A DNA stretch of 64,000 bases from Niabella sp. Its GTDB lineage: Bacteria; Bacteroidota; Bacteroidia; Chitinophagales; Chitinophagaceae. The stretch lies in contig JBKEEB010000016.1 of the NCBI GenBank assembly GCA_047975735.1, positions 32,123-96,122 of the forward strand, given 5' to 3'. Shown here in pieces: positions 1 to 9,038 of the stretch. How positions within the stretch are numbered: the stretch's first letter is position 1; every line of letters starts with the position of its first letter. The position numbers and the translations under genes are program-made. A model generated the notes under the pieces. It saw only the letters and a list, made by a program, of their open reading frames with translations. It ran no database searches and was not told where the DNA came from.

Positions 1-56
1 ATACCGAAGTTTCAGGAGTTTTTATTTATTTTACGTAATAAAATACAGATTATAGG

Positions 57-653
57 ATGGCATTCACAAAGCATGAAATATATGATGAGGCGGTAACGCA
101 GGATTTGATAGGGAATTATAAAAATATTTTAAATCTTATTGGTGAGGATGGGGATCGTGAAGGATTAATTAAAACGCCGGAGCGCCTCGCCAAAGCTATG
201 CAATACCTCACGCAGGGATATCAGATGGATGCGCATGAAATTATTAATTCCGCTAAATTTCATGAAGATGTTAGCGAAATGGTGATTGTAAAAGATATTG
301 AATTGTACAGCATGTGCGAACACCATATTCTACCTTTTTTTGGCAAAGCACATATAGCTTATATCCCTAACGGGTGGATAACAGGGCTTAGCAAAATTGC
401 CCGGGTGGTAGATGTATTTTCGCGAAGGTTACAAGTACAGGAGCGGCTTACAGTACAAATTATGAACGCTATTAAAGAAACCCTAAACCCCCTTGGTGTA
501 GCTGTAGTAATAGAGGCCAAACACCTTTGTATGATGATGCGCGGTGTACAAAAACAAAACTCGGTAACCACCACATCGGCATTTGACGGTGAATTTCAAA
601 AAAACTCTACCAGAAGTGAGTTTTTAAAATTAATTAGTTCAGACCTGCATTGA
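57..653 (+). CDS. folE: GTP cyclohydrolase I
   Basis: 198-aa ORF with the conserved FolE core '[21 protein letters not shown]' and 'HLCMMMRGV'. Confidence 0.93.
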   Translation: MAFTKHEIYDEAVTQDLIGNYKNILNLIGEDGDREGLIKTPERLAKAMQYLTQGYQMDAHEIINSAKFHEDVSEMVIVKDIELYSMCEHHILPFFGKAHIAYIPNGWITGLSKIARVVDVFSRRLQVQERLTVQIMNAIKETLNPLGVAVVIEAKHLCMMMRGVQKQNSVTTTSAFDGEFQKNSTRSEFLKLISSDLH

Positions 654-730
654 TTTTTTACCCGGAAGAACCATTTACTTCCCTAAACCCAATGCAAAGG
701 GCAACAATATAAATAACAATAAATACTAAA

Positions 731-1621
731 ATGAAACAAGCTTACGTTTTTCCCGGTCAGGGATCGCAGTATAGCGGTATGGGAAAAGAACATTACGAGA
801 ACAGTGCTTTTGCGAAGAGATTGTTCGAACAGGCCAACGATATCCTGGGTTTTCGTTTATCGGATATTATGATTAATGGAAGCGATGAGGAACTGAAACA
901 AACCAAAGTAACGCAACCGGCTGTGTTTCTACACTCGATAGTTGCCTATAAAACTTTACAGGATGCCAAGCCCGAGATGGTGGCCGGCCACTCTTTGGGA
1001 GAATTTTCTGCATTAGTAGCCAATAATACATTGAGCTTTGAGGATGCTTTAAATTTGGTAGCGGTAAGAGCCGGGGCCATGCAAAAAGCCTGCGAATTAA
1101 CCCCTTCTACCATGGCAGCTATTTTAGGGCTTCCTGACGAAAAAGTAGAAGAAGTTTGTGCCCAGGTTCAAACCGAAACAGGTGAAGTGGTGGTACCGGC
1201 TAATTATAACTCACCCGGCCAATTAGTAATAAGCGGTAGCATGAAAGGGATAGAATTAGCCTGCGAAAAACTAAAAGAGGCTGGTGCCAGAAGAGCTTTG
1301 GTATTACCGGTAGGTGGAGCTTTTCATTCCCCATTAATGGAACCGGCAAGAGTGGAATTACAAGAAGCTATTGAAGCCACTACCTTCCACGATCCTATTT
1401 GTCCCGTATATCAAAACGTAGTGGCCAAACCGGTTACCGAGAGAAGTGAGATTAAAGAAAACTTAATAGCGCAACTAACAGGAGCCGTACGTTGGACGCA
1501 AACCATACAGGCAATGATTGCCAATGGTGCTACCAAATTTACCGAAGCCGGCCCCGGCAAAGTGTTGCAGGGATTGATTTTAAAGATAGATAAGACTGTT
1601 GAGGTGAATGGAGTGAATTAG
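731..1621 (+). CDS. fabD: malonyl CoA-ACP transacylase
   Basis: 296 aa. N-terminal 'FPGQGSQYSGMG' and active-site 'GHSLGEFSAL' motifs typical of FabD. Confidence 0.93.
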   Translation: MKQAYVFPGQGSQYSGMGKEHYENSAFAKRLFEQANDILGFRLSDIMINGSDEELKQTKVTQPAVFLHSIVAYKTLQDAKPEMVAGHSLGEFSALVANNTLSFEDALNLVAVRAGAMQKACELTPSTMAAILGLPDEKVEEVCAQVQTETGEVVVPANYNSPGQLVISGSMKGIELACEKLKEAGARRALVLPVGGAFHSPLMEPARVELQEAIEATTFHDPICPVYQNVVAKPVTERSEIKENLIAQLTGAVRWTQTIQAMIANGATKFTEAGPGKVLQGLILKIDKTVEVNGVN

Positions 1622-1640
1622 ACTTTTTATAAAAACTGTG

Positions 1641-1676
1641 AAAGCCATTGATTGTTAATGAATCAATGGCTTTTTT
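1641..1676 (+). terminator. intrinsic terminator after fabD
   Basis: Perfect 13-bp stem aaagccattgatt / aatcaatggcttt with a 7-nt loop, followed by a T-run. Confidence 0.7.
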
Positions 1677-1699
1677 GTACCAATTTGAGAAAGATGTGA

Positions 1700-2116
1700 T
1701 TATTGATTATCAAAAGCCATATCCTTCCAATATCTACTATATAGATTTTCGGTTGTTAGTAACTCTTGGTGCTTGCCAAAAGTTTTTATTGTATTATCTT
1801 CAATAACATATATTTTGTCACAAAATTTACGCAAAACATGCAGACGATGTGTAATAAATAAAATAGCTGTATGCTGCTTGATTTTTTGCAGCAAACTCAA
1901 AACAAATTGCTCCGAATTTCTATCCATCGCAGAAGTAGCTTCGTCTAATATCAATAGTTCTGGCTTGCGATATAAGGCACGAGCTATCGCAATCGTTTGT
2001 CGTTGACCTCCAGAAAGATTGACACCTCTCTCTCCTACAATTGTCATGAATGATTGGGGCAAACTATCAATAAATGGAGCAAATCTTTTACAGATTGGGG
2101 TGACACCAACAATACG
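1700..2116 (-). pseudogene. C-terminal remnant of an ABC-transporter ATPase (bacteriocin-exporter type)
   Basis: Only the last ~120-138 codons are present: 'FIDSLPQSFMTIVGERGVNLSGGQRQTIAIARALYRKPELLILDEATSAMD', i.e. the ABC signature and Walker B. Walker A, the TMD and any peptidase domain are missing. The frame opens directly after a stop at ~2117 inside the 3' end of the upstream ORF. Confidence 0.7.
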
Positions 2117-2400
2117 TTAGCGATTGGTTGTAGCTCATTTACATTGCTTTTCAATTGTTGTGTTTCGTATTGGCAATGCTCACAATCACTATTAAAATAT
2201 ATGACAACAGTACTTTTGCCAGACGGCAAAGAGTCATTATTAAACACGTTTCCTCTTAGTTTAAAGAATGTGAAAGGAGGTAGTTTTACTATCCGCTGTT
2301 CCGCATCGGCTTTATTATAAATAGTGCTGATTATCTTATAAGACAAGAAACCTACAACAAGAAAAACGAATAATATGATAAGCAGTTTTCTTAGGCGCAT
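2044..2400 (-). CDS. membrane-anchored thioredoxin-fold (TlpA-like) protein, probably 3'-truncated
   Basis: N-terminal TM helix followed by 'VVIYFNSDCEHCQ' (CxxC). The ORF is short for a complete thioredoxin fold and its 3' end runs into the ABC remnant in another frame. Confidence 0.5.
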   Translation of the reverse strand: MRLRKLLIILFVFLVVGFLSYKIISTIYNKADAEQRIVKLPPFTFFKLRGNVFNNDSLPSGKSTVVIYFNSDCEHCQYETQQLKSNVNELQPIANVLLVSPQSVKDLLHLLIVCPNHS

Positions 2401-2401
2401 A

Positions 2402-2593
2402 TTAAGAAAGTTGCAGGGTTATAAATACCACTACCAACACCCATACAAACAAACCGATTAAATATGGAATAACAAAACTGCGAAAAGCAATAGTTTTTGA
2501 AACGCCAAACTGTATGGCATACAACTCTCTGTACCTACCCAACAAAACAACACCTCCCAAATATTGATTGTTTGGAGTGGATAAACTAACCAT
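2402..2593 (-). CDS. small hydrophobic membrane protein (unknown function)
   Basis: 63-aa ORF with a C-terminal TM segment. Its stop lies 1 nt from the next start (2400), consistent with operon packing. No recognisable family. Confidence 0.35.
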   Translation of the reverse strand: MVSLSTPNNQYLGGVVLLGRYRELYAIQFGVSKTIAFRSFVIPYLIGLFVWVLVVVFITLQLS

Positions 2594-2624
2594 TTAGGTA
2601 AATTATCTATATTGTATAAATTAA

Positions 2625-3128
2625 TTAGTGACCAGGTATGTATGCCAAATCTTGTAAAGTATCTACTTCTTTAAAAAAGCTAATGATTAGGAATTTTACA
2701 AGCAACATAACAACAAAAACGTACTCGGCTTTTAGACATACATTAAAATTACTTTTGAAGCTAGTTCTTGAATCGCTAAATAACAAGCCAATACTTAAAA
2801 CCATAGAGTTAAATAGAATCTTTATGAGAAAGATAAGGGGAATGAATAGATAAGTTACATATTCAAATTTTTCTTGTAAAGCTAACCTCTCCCTAATCCT
2901 CTCATGCGTTAATTGTCCAGAATAAGTGTTGAACAAAACACCTTCATTTATAAAAGAAGTAGTGTTAAGGAAGGCTATTACGACCATAAATGCACAATAC
3001 ACCCAGAATATGATGCCGAAATTGACTTCTAAGAGCTCTTCACCTAACTTTTTCTTCATTTTTTTTGATAAAAACCATGTCACAAAAAAAGTACTCATTT
3101 GGTATCTTTTATTCCCAAAGGAGTACAC
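2625..3128 (-). CDS. polytopic membrane protein (unknown function)
   Basis: 167-aa ORF with several hydrophobic segments, on the same strand and in the same operon as the bacteriocin-like gene. The start is uncertain (alternative Met at 3098). Confidence 0.45.
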   Translation of the reverse strand: MYSFGNKRYQMSTFFVTWFLSKKMKKKLGEELLEVNFGIIFWVYCAFMVVIAFLNTTSFINEGVLFNTYSGQLTHERIRERLALQEKFEYVTYLFIPLIFLIKILFNSMVLSIGLLFSDSRTSFKSNFNVCLKAEYVFVVMLLVKFLIISFFKEVDTLQDLAYIPGH

Positions 3129-3205
3129 GAACTGGGTATTTTAGAGAAAAATTAAGATATTGGTATTTTTACAATGCTTTAAATGCCATTGTTACGATGT
3201 TAACG

Positions 3206-3415
3206 TCAGTTGTGTTTCGCCGCTTTATTGCCACGAATTTTCATGAGTTCAAAAAAAGCGGCGATAGTGCTTAATAAAACTCCGGTAAACGTAAGATATA
3301 TCCAAATATCATGAAACATATTAAAGCGTATCGCACAACCCCCTATAAGGCCAAGCAGCGTCAGCCCTACAAAAAAGATAACTTTAATAATCTTAGTTCT
3401 TTTGTAATTTTCCAT
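3206..3415 (-). CDS. two-TM small protein, candidate bacteriocin immunity protein
   Basis: 69 aa with two predicted TM helices, located 14 nt downstream of the bacteriocin-like precursor. The assignment rests on position only. Confidence 0.4.
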   Translation of the reverse strand: MENYKRTKIIKVIFFVGLTLLGLIGGCAIRFNMFHDIWIYLTFTGVLLSTIAAFFELMKIRGNKAAKHN

Positions 3416-3429
3416 TTCCTATATTAGGC

Positions 3430-3654
3430 TTAAAAACACGACATAAGTCCTGCTGTACTCACTGAATATCCTGCGGCGGTTAATACTGCACTTCGAACAG
3501 ATGTTGCAGCCAATGCACCAACAGGCCCCATGGTTACCAAGGATGCAAAAGTAAGACCCCAACCAGCAACAGCTAAACTGCAGCCAACCCATTCAGCAGC
3601 TGATTTTTTGCCGGCTTGGATACATTCCATTTGATTCAATTTCAATTTTTTCAT
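3430..3654 (-). CDS. class II bacteriocin-like precursor with double-glycine-type leader
   Basis: 74 aa. The leader is 'MKKLKLNQMECIQAG', with hydrophobic residues at -4, -7 and -12 and Ala-Gly at -2/-1. The 59-aa core is Gly/Ala-rich and hydrophobic, with GxxxG-like spacing and one Cys near each end. Confidence 0.6.
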   Translation of the reverse strand: MKKLKLNQMECIQAGKKSAAEWVGCSLAVAGWGLTFASLVTMGPVGALAATSVRSAVLTAAGYSVSTAGLMSCF

Positions 3655-3894
3655 AATTTAGAAATTTAGTGTTTCCCTCCCCCTGTCTATCGCCTTGGGG
3701 CGGTTGTTCAGCGTTCAATTTTAAATATGATTTGAAGAACATAGGTATTGCTTTTTCTTTGTGGCAATACCCATCACGCAATTGTAGCTACCAATATTTT
3801 TATAAAAGAAATTTTTTAATAACGAAATTAAAACGGCTTCACGGTTTCAGAGCCTCTTCATACACTTAGCTATGCTAAAATTAGGGAATATTTA

Positions 3895-3903
3895 GGGGGG
3901 GGG
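3895..3903. repeat. G9 homopolymer (C9 on the strand of the bacteriocin-like gene)
   Basis: Read directly: tttag-ggggggggg-ttaat, in the AT-rich spacer ~240 nt upstream of the ATG at 3654. Confidence 0.9.
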
Positions 3904-4035
3904 TTAATAGTTAAAAAAATGTTAAAACAAAAAATAATATTGGTTATCAATTAATTGTCAGTAAAAAAGATCAAAATAGGTAGCTATAACCAGCTCTTAT
4001 AATTTAATGAGATTACAATACAAAAATATCGTAAC

Positions 4036-5109
4036 TCACTTCAACACTTCTTCCAACTTAGCATCCAAATCATCACCACGCAGGTCTTTACCGATAATTT
4101 TTCCGGTAGGATCTAATAATAAATTTCTGGGGATAGCCTGAATTCTGTATTTAACAGCTACTTCGTTTTGCCAGCCTTTTAAATCGCTTACCTGCGTCCA
4201 AGCTCATTCATCTTTTTTAATAGCGGCTTCCCAATCATTTTTATCCTCATCTAAGGAAACACCCAAAACCGTGAAATTTTTGTCCTTAAATTTTTCGTAT
4301 GTCTTTAATAAAAAATGATTTTCTCTACGGCAGGGGCCGCACCAGCTTGCCCAAAAATCAACCAGCACATATTTACCCCTGAAGGAAGAAAGCGACACCT
4401 CATTGCCTTGTACATCTTTTTGTGTAAAATCGAGAGCAGGACTGCCAATACTTAAAAACCGTAAATCAATCAAAGCCTTTTTTAAATGTCCGCCCAATGC
4501 ACTGTTCATGGCTGCAGGCTGTAAAGCAGCAGCTCTTTTTTCTACCACAGTTCTATCCTCCGTAAGGTTAATGGTTGACAAAATGGCCATTGCGCTCACC
4601 GGAGAAGCGGGATGTTTTGCAATAAAACTATCCACCCAATTATTTATAGTCGCAACATTATTATCCAGTGCTGTTTTTAAGCTATCATTACCCAAACCCA
4701 TTTGGAAATATTGTGTCAATTCATTTAACTGTTGAAAACGAGGTAGCAGATTTTTTTGAAATTCATCAAACTCGGTTTGTAAAGCCGAGCCCGTAATTTT
4801 CCAGTCTTCAATATTTTCTGTTACTGCACCAGAAATATTTACTTTATTATTTCCAAGAAATAAGACTCTTTTTAAACTATCGGCCACAATTAACCCTGCA
4901 AAAACAGGTTCTTCTAATTTTACGGAGAGCGTAAATTTTTCTCCCTTAGATTTTGTTGCTTTCAATACGGCTTCGCCGGCTTCCTGAAAGTTTTTCAATA
5001 CCACGGAAGTTCCGTTTTGCATTCCCGTAACAGTGCCTTTGATGGTGAGCTTTTGCGCATCCGAAGCGAATGGCAGGAAAAGGGCTATTATTATTATAAA
5101 TCTTATCAT
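4036..5109 (-). pseudogene. TlpA/AhpC-TSA family thiol-disulfide oxidoreductase with an in-frame TGA
   Basis: Signal peptide, N-terminal beta-rich domain and 'DFWASWCGPCRRE' redox motif. The ORF stops at the TGA at 4204-4206. The same frame continues with 55 codons, 'AWTQVSDLKGWQNEVAVKYRIQAIPRNLLLDPTGKIIGKDLRG...', which is the expected C-terminal part of the thioredoxin fold, and ends at 4036-4038. Confidence 0.8.
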
Positions 5110-5124
5110 TTTTTTCTAAATCAC

Positions 5125-5898
5125 TTACCCAATAATGGTTTGTACAAATTCTTTTGCTGCTTCAATTTCTCTTTCAGGGCTTTCTTCTAATGCCTTAACA
5201 AAGGCCGATCCTATAAAAGCTCCATTTGCTTTTTTACATACGCTGTCAAAGCTTTTTTTATCTTTAATACCAAAACCCACAAACACCGGATTTTTTAGTT
5301 TGTAACCCTGTAACCGTTGCAGGTATTGTTCCACCACAGAAAAATCATTTTCATTACCGGTAGTTGAAGAAGAAGCCACTGCATATAAAAAACCTGAACT
5401 TAAACTATCTAACAATCTTACTCTTTCTTCACTTGTTTCAGGCGTTACCAAGAATACAAAATTGAGGTTGTATTTGTTGATAACAGATTGATAATTTTTT
5501 TCAAATTCATGTACCGGCATATCGGGCAAAATCAAACCGTCGATACCTACTTTGGCAGCATCGGCACAAAATTTTTCAAATCCGTATTGTAATATAGGGT
5601 TCATGTAGCCCATCAGCACAACAGGAATTGTAATTTCTGCTCGCATATTTTTTAGCTGCTCAAAAAGTTTGGCAATTGTCATGCCATTTTGCAAAGCAAT
5701 GGTACTACTGTGTTGAATAGTTTCCCCATCAGCCAACGGATCGCTGTATGGCATTCCCAGTTCAATAGTATCTACACCGCTATCCTGCAAGGCTTTCATT
5801 ACCGGCAACGTGCTGTTTAACTGCGGAAAACCTGCCGTGCAGTAGATATTGAGAATATTGTTGCTTTTTTTACTAAACAGATTTTTTAAACGACTCAT
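5125..5898 (-). CDS. trpA: tryptophan synthase alpha chain
   Basis: 257 aa, with 'ELGMPYSDPLADGETIQ' and 'GFGI' motifs typical of TrpA. It lies directly downstream of trpB. Confidence 0.93.
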   Translation of the reverse strand: MSRLKNLFSKKSNNILNIYCTAGFPQLNSTLPVMKALQDSGVDTIELGMPYSDPLADGETIQHSSTIALQNGMTIAKLFEQLKNMRAEITIPVVLMGYMNPILQYGFEKFCADAAKVGIDGLILPDMPVHEFEKNYQSVINKYNLNFVFLVTPETSEERVRLLDSLSSGFLYAVASSSTTGNENDFSVVEQYLQRLQGYKLKNPVFVGFGIKDKKSFDSVCKKANGAFIGSAFVKALEESPEREIEAAKEFVQTIIG

Positions 5899-5968
5899 TT
5901 ATTATTTACTATTAATCATTTACTATTTTGCTGTAGGCTTTAAGCATTATGCTATGACCTATGAACCA

Positions 5969-7162
5969 TCATCTACCTGCCAACTCCTTCATATAAGTAT
6001 CCATATCCTTATCGCCTCTGCCACTAAGACAAATAACTATATTGTCATCTTTATCAAACTTTATTTTTTCTAAGGCTGCTAAAGCGTGGGCACTTTCCAA
6101 AGCAGGAATAATACCTTCTAACCGGGCCAATAAAAAAGCTGCTTCCAAGGCCTCGGCATCAGTAGCGTTTAAAAATTTTCCTCTGCCGGTAGCAAATAAA
6201 TTGGCATGCATAGGCCCTATTCCGGGATAATCTAATCCGGCAGAAATGCTGTGGGGTTCTATTACCTGCCCATCCTCTGTTTGCATTACAAAACTTTTAC
6301 TGCCATGTAAAATACCGGGCTTGCCTAATTGGGTAGTAGCCGCACTCATTCCACTATTCACACCGCATCCGGCTGCTTCCACAGCAATAATATCCACAGA
6401 AGGTTCATCCACAAAATGAAAAAAAGTTCCGGCGGCATTGCTTCCGCCACCCACACAGGCAATTACGGCTTTAGGTAATTCGCTACCCGTTTTTTCTTTT
6501 AACTGCGTACGAATTTCTTTGCTGATAACGCTTTGAAAACCTGCCACCATATCGGGATAAGGGTGTGGGCCTACCACACTACCAATAATGTAAAAAGTAT
6601 CGTTGGGGTGATTAATCCAATCTCTGATGGCTTCATTGGTAGCATCCTTTAAGGTTTTACTACCGCTGGTAGCCGGTCTTACTTCTGCTCCTAACATTTT
6701 CATACGGGCCACATTGGGAGCCTGCCGTTCAATATCTTTTTCGCCCATATATACAATACATGCTAATCCTTTTAAGGCACACACCGTTGCGGTAGCAACG
6801 CCATGTTGTCCGGCACCTGTTTCGGCTATAATCCGTTTTTTACCCAGCTTTTCTGCTACCAAAATTTGTCCAATGGTATTATTTACTTTATGGGCACCGG
6901 TATGGCAAAGGTCTTCTCTTTTTAAATAAATATTTGTACCATATTTTTTACCGAGTCTGTTTGCTAAATACAAAGGCGTTTCTCTGCCGGCATAATCTTT
7001 AAGTAATAATTGATATTCCTGTTGGAAGGATTCGCTTTGAATAACCTGCCGGTACCGGCTACGCAATTCTTCTACGTTGGCATAAAGCATTTCGGGAATA
7101 AAGGCTCCGCCAAACTCACCGTAATACCCTAACTCATCCGGATGTTGATATGTTGCTTGCAT
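5969..7162 (-). CDS. trpB: tryptophan synthase beta chain
   Basis: Contains 'GEFGGAFIPE', the PLP-lysine region 'LKREDLCHTGAHKVNN' and 'GGGSNA'. I chose the start at the Met of 'MQATYQHPDELGYYGEFGG' (7162); the longer ORF to 7291 adds a non-conserved extension. Confidence 0.93.
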   Translation of the reverse strand: MQATYQHPDELGYYGEFGGAFIPEMLYANVEELRSRYRQVIQSESFQQEYQLLLKDYAGRETPLYLANRLGKKYGTNIYLKREDLCHTGAHKVNNTIGQILVAEKLGKKRIIAETGAGQHGVATATVCALKGLACIVYMGEKDIERQAPNVARMKMLGAEVRPATSGSKTLKDATNEAIRDWINHPNDTFYIIGSVVGPHPYPDMVAGFQSVISKEIRTQLKEKTGSELPKAVIACVGGGSNAAGTFFHFVDEPSVDIIAVEAAGCGVNSGMSAATTQLGKPGILHGSKSFVMQTEDGQVIEPHSISAGLDYPGIGPMHANLFATGRGKFLNATDAEALEAAFLLARLEGIIPALESAHALAALEKIKFDKDDNIVICLSGRGDKDMDTYMKELAGR

Positions 7163-7375
7163 GAAATATATCTGTTTTGAAAGTGGGTAAAGATAACCAA
7201 ATTCCTCCTTAACATTTTTAACCATAGCGGAATCTCTATATTTCTTTTGCACTTTAGTAATGTAATACGAGAAAGATTTACTATAACGCAAATTGGGTAT
7301 TGGATGTATGCATTGGTTAATTGTACATTTGTACTATTACGTACACTTATTTTATCACCCTTCTAATACAACACT

Positions 7376-8887
7376 ATGAGCACCTCCTTAAAACCTCAAA
7401 ACATTTCTATTAAACCTCCCATTTTAGATTTTCTGAATATTTTTAATTTTAGAAGCCAATGGGCAAATGATGTCATTAACCTGTCTGAACCGCTTGCCGG
7501 CGGACAATGGGACGATGCCGGTACCTACAAATTTCCAAAAGGATACCTGCTGGCAAAAAATGATGCCAACTATTTATATTTTGCTATGGATGTAGTGGAT
7601 GATACCGGCAATGACCCCGTGGCAACGGCCGGAGATTATTTTTGGCTTTCGTTTGACAATGACAGAAACAAAGGCATTACGTCTAATAAAGATATTAATT
7701 ATGCACTGTACCCTAACCAGGCACCCAAGTTGGCACGTCAATACTATTTGGGAGCCGGAAGCTGGACAGGCATTTTAAATACACCCAGCTCCTCGGAAGT
7801 AAAATTGGAATTTGGGCCATCCGAGCGGTCGGCTACTCCTCATAAAATTTGGAAATTTAAAATACTACTATCAGAAATTGGTGTAAATATTGCCATCCCA
7901 TTCTTTCTGCCATATACTTTTTTTGGCTTCCGCATCAACTCTACCAACCCTGCATTTACTTACGATTTCCCTACTAATTTTTTTAAAGATTTTAGGGGAC
8001 TGAAAAAATTGGTTTTTGCCAGAAAACCAAAAGTTATCAATGTGGGACCACTGGTAGGTTCTATTGGATTGATACCTACAACCAAGATAACTGCCGGAAG
8101 AGCCAGCACCGACCCCGGTTATTTTGTACAAGTATTAAACGCTGCATTTGGCGGTACGCTTAATTTTATTGGCAACAGAACCAAATTGCAAAGTTTATTT
8201 ACAGCCGGCAATACCAAGTACAATGTTTCTATAAAAGGACCCGGCGATGCTACTTTTAAACCGTTAGTATCGGCCTGGACAAATTATGTATGGGATGGAT
8301 CCGATTATGAATTAAAGTCTTTCTCCGGTATTGACGGCAATTATACATTAGTAAATCCTTCGGTGGATTACTCAATTGATGATTTACTAATTCAATTCCC
8401 CACAACAGGATTTGATAACGGCCTGCATACCATCAAAACAACATTTTATGTAGGTAATAGTACAACTGTTGCCGATACACAGGATGTAACATTGTTTATT
8501 GACAACAGGCTTCCAACAGTATCTATCAATAAAATAAAACATGGCAGCAATGAAGTTTCTACCTGTGCTATTGAGCAATTAGGTGCTGCACCCGATGGTT
8601 TAAATTTTGATATTACAGCTTCCGATCCGGAAGGAAACTTACTAAGTGTAAGCCTTGTAGCCCAGGCCGGAAGTGGACATAGTTACACTTTATATTCTGA
8701 GGGATATAATACCGGTAAGGGTAACTGGGCGGGCTTTGCCAATAAAGCTGTGCCGGATACCGGTAACTGGAGGCCACCGTTCCAATGTTCTTATAATTTT
8801 GTTTTAAGAGCCAATGCCAGAACTACTAATGGGTATAGCTATATTGGCCATGTAACGGATTTTAAAGGGTTGACTGTTTTAATTTAA
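7376..8887 (+). CDS. hypothetical protein with a CBM9/DOMON-like N-terminal domain and Ig-like C-terminal region; no signal peptide
   Basis: 503-aa ORF. The N-terminal pattern 'GYLLAKNDANYLYFAMDVVDD...DYFWLSFDNDRN...HKIWKFKILLSEIG' resembles CBM9-like sugar-binding folds. The C-terminal 'DITASDPEGNLLSV' looks Ig/cadherin-like. Confidence 0.6.
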   Translation: MSTSLKPQNISIKPPILDFLNIFNFRSQWANDVINLSEPLAGGQWDDAGTYKFPKGYLLAKNDANYLYFAMDVVDDTGNDPVATAGDYFWLSFDNDRNKGITSNKDINYALYPNQAPKLARQYYLGAGSWTGILNTPSSSEVKLEFGPSERSATPHKIWKFKILLSEIGVNIAIPFFLPYTFFGFRINSTNPAFTYDFPTNFFKDFRGLKKLVFARKPKVINVGPLVGSIGLIPTTKITAGRASTDPGYFVQVLNAAFGGTLNFIGNRTKLQSLFTAGNTKYNVSIKGPGDATFKPLVSAWTNYVWDGSDYELKSFSGIDGNYTLVNPSVDYSIDDLLIQFPTTGFDNGLHTIKTTFYVGNSTTVADTQDVTLFIDNRLPTVSINKIKHGSNEVSTCAIEQLGAAPDGLNFDITASDPEGNLLSVSLVAQAGSGHSYTLYSEGYNTGKGNWAGFANKAVPDTGNWRPPFQCSYNFVLRANARTTNGYSYIGHVTDFKGLTVLI

Positions 8888-8981
8888 TACCGATATGACA
8901 AACAATACAGGTTAATTTTTACTACCGTTTAATTATTCTATTTGTTTGTATGCAAAAAACATTAAAACAGTATTTTCTAAC

Positions 8982-9014
8982 AAAGGCGGAGCAAGTAAAA
9001 CCTTGTCCGCCTTT
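8982..9014. terminator. hairpin between convergent genes
   Basis: Stem aaaggcgga / tccgccttt (9 bp) with a structured loop. The U-tracts are weak on both strands. Confidence 0.45.
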
Positions 9015-9038
9015 ATATTACTGATTAGGTGTCTTTCT

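Noticed and set aside
4190-4206. Selenocysteine recoding of the in-frame TGA in the TlpA-like gene.
   Set aside because: The TGA is far from the CGPC redox motif where Sec normally replaces Cys. Only a weak 4-bp hairpin follows it, with no convincing SECIS-like stem-loop, and no sel genes are in the window.
7163-7291. A 43-codon N-terminal extension of trpB in the ORF track.
   Set aside because: The conserved TrpB sequence begins at 'MQATYQHPDELGYYGEFGG'. The extension has no homology-like features and would consume the promoter region shared with the divergent gene.
7163-7375. Searched for a Trp-codon leader peptide or attenuator upstream of trpB.
   Set aside because: There is no short ORF with tandem TGG codons and no terminator-like hairpin in the spacer.
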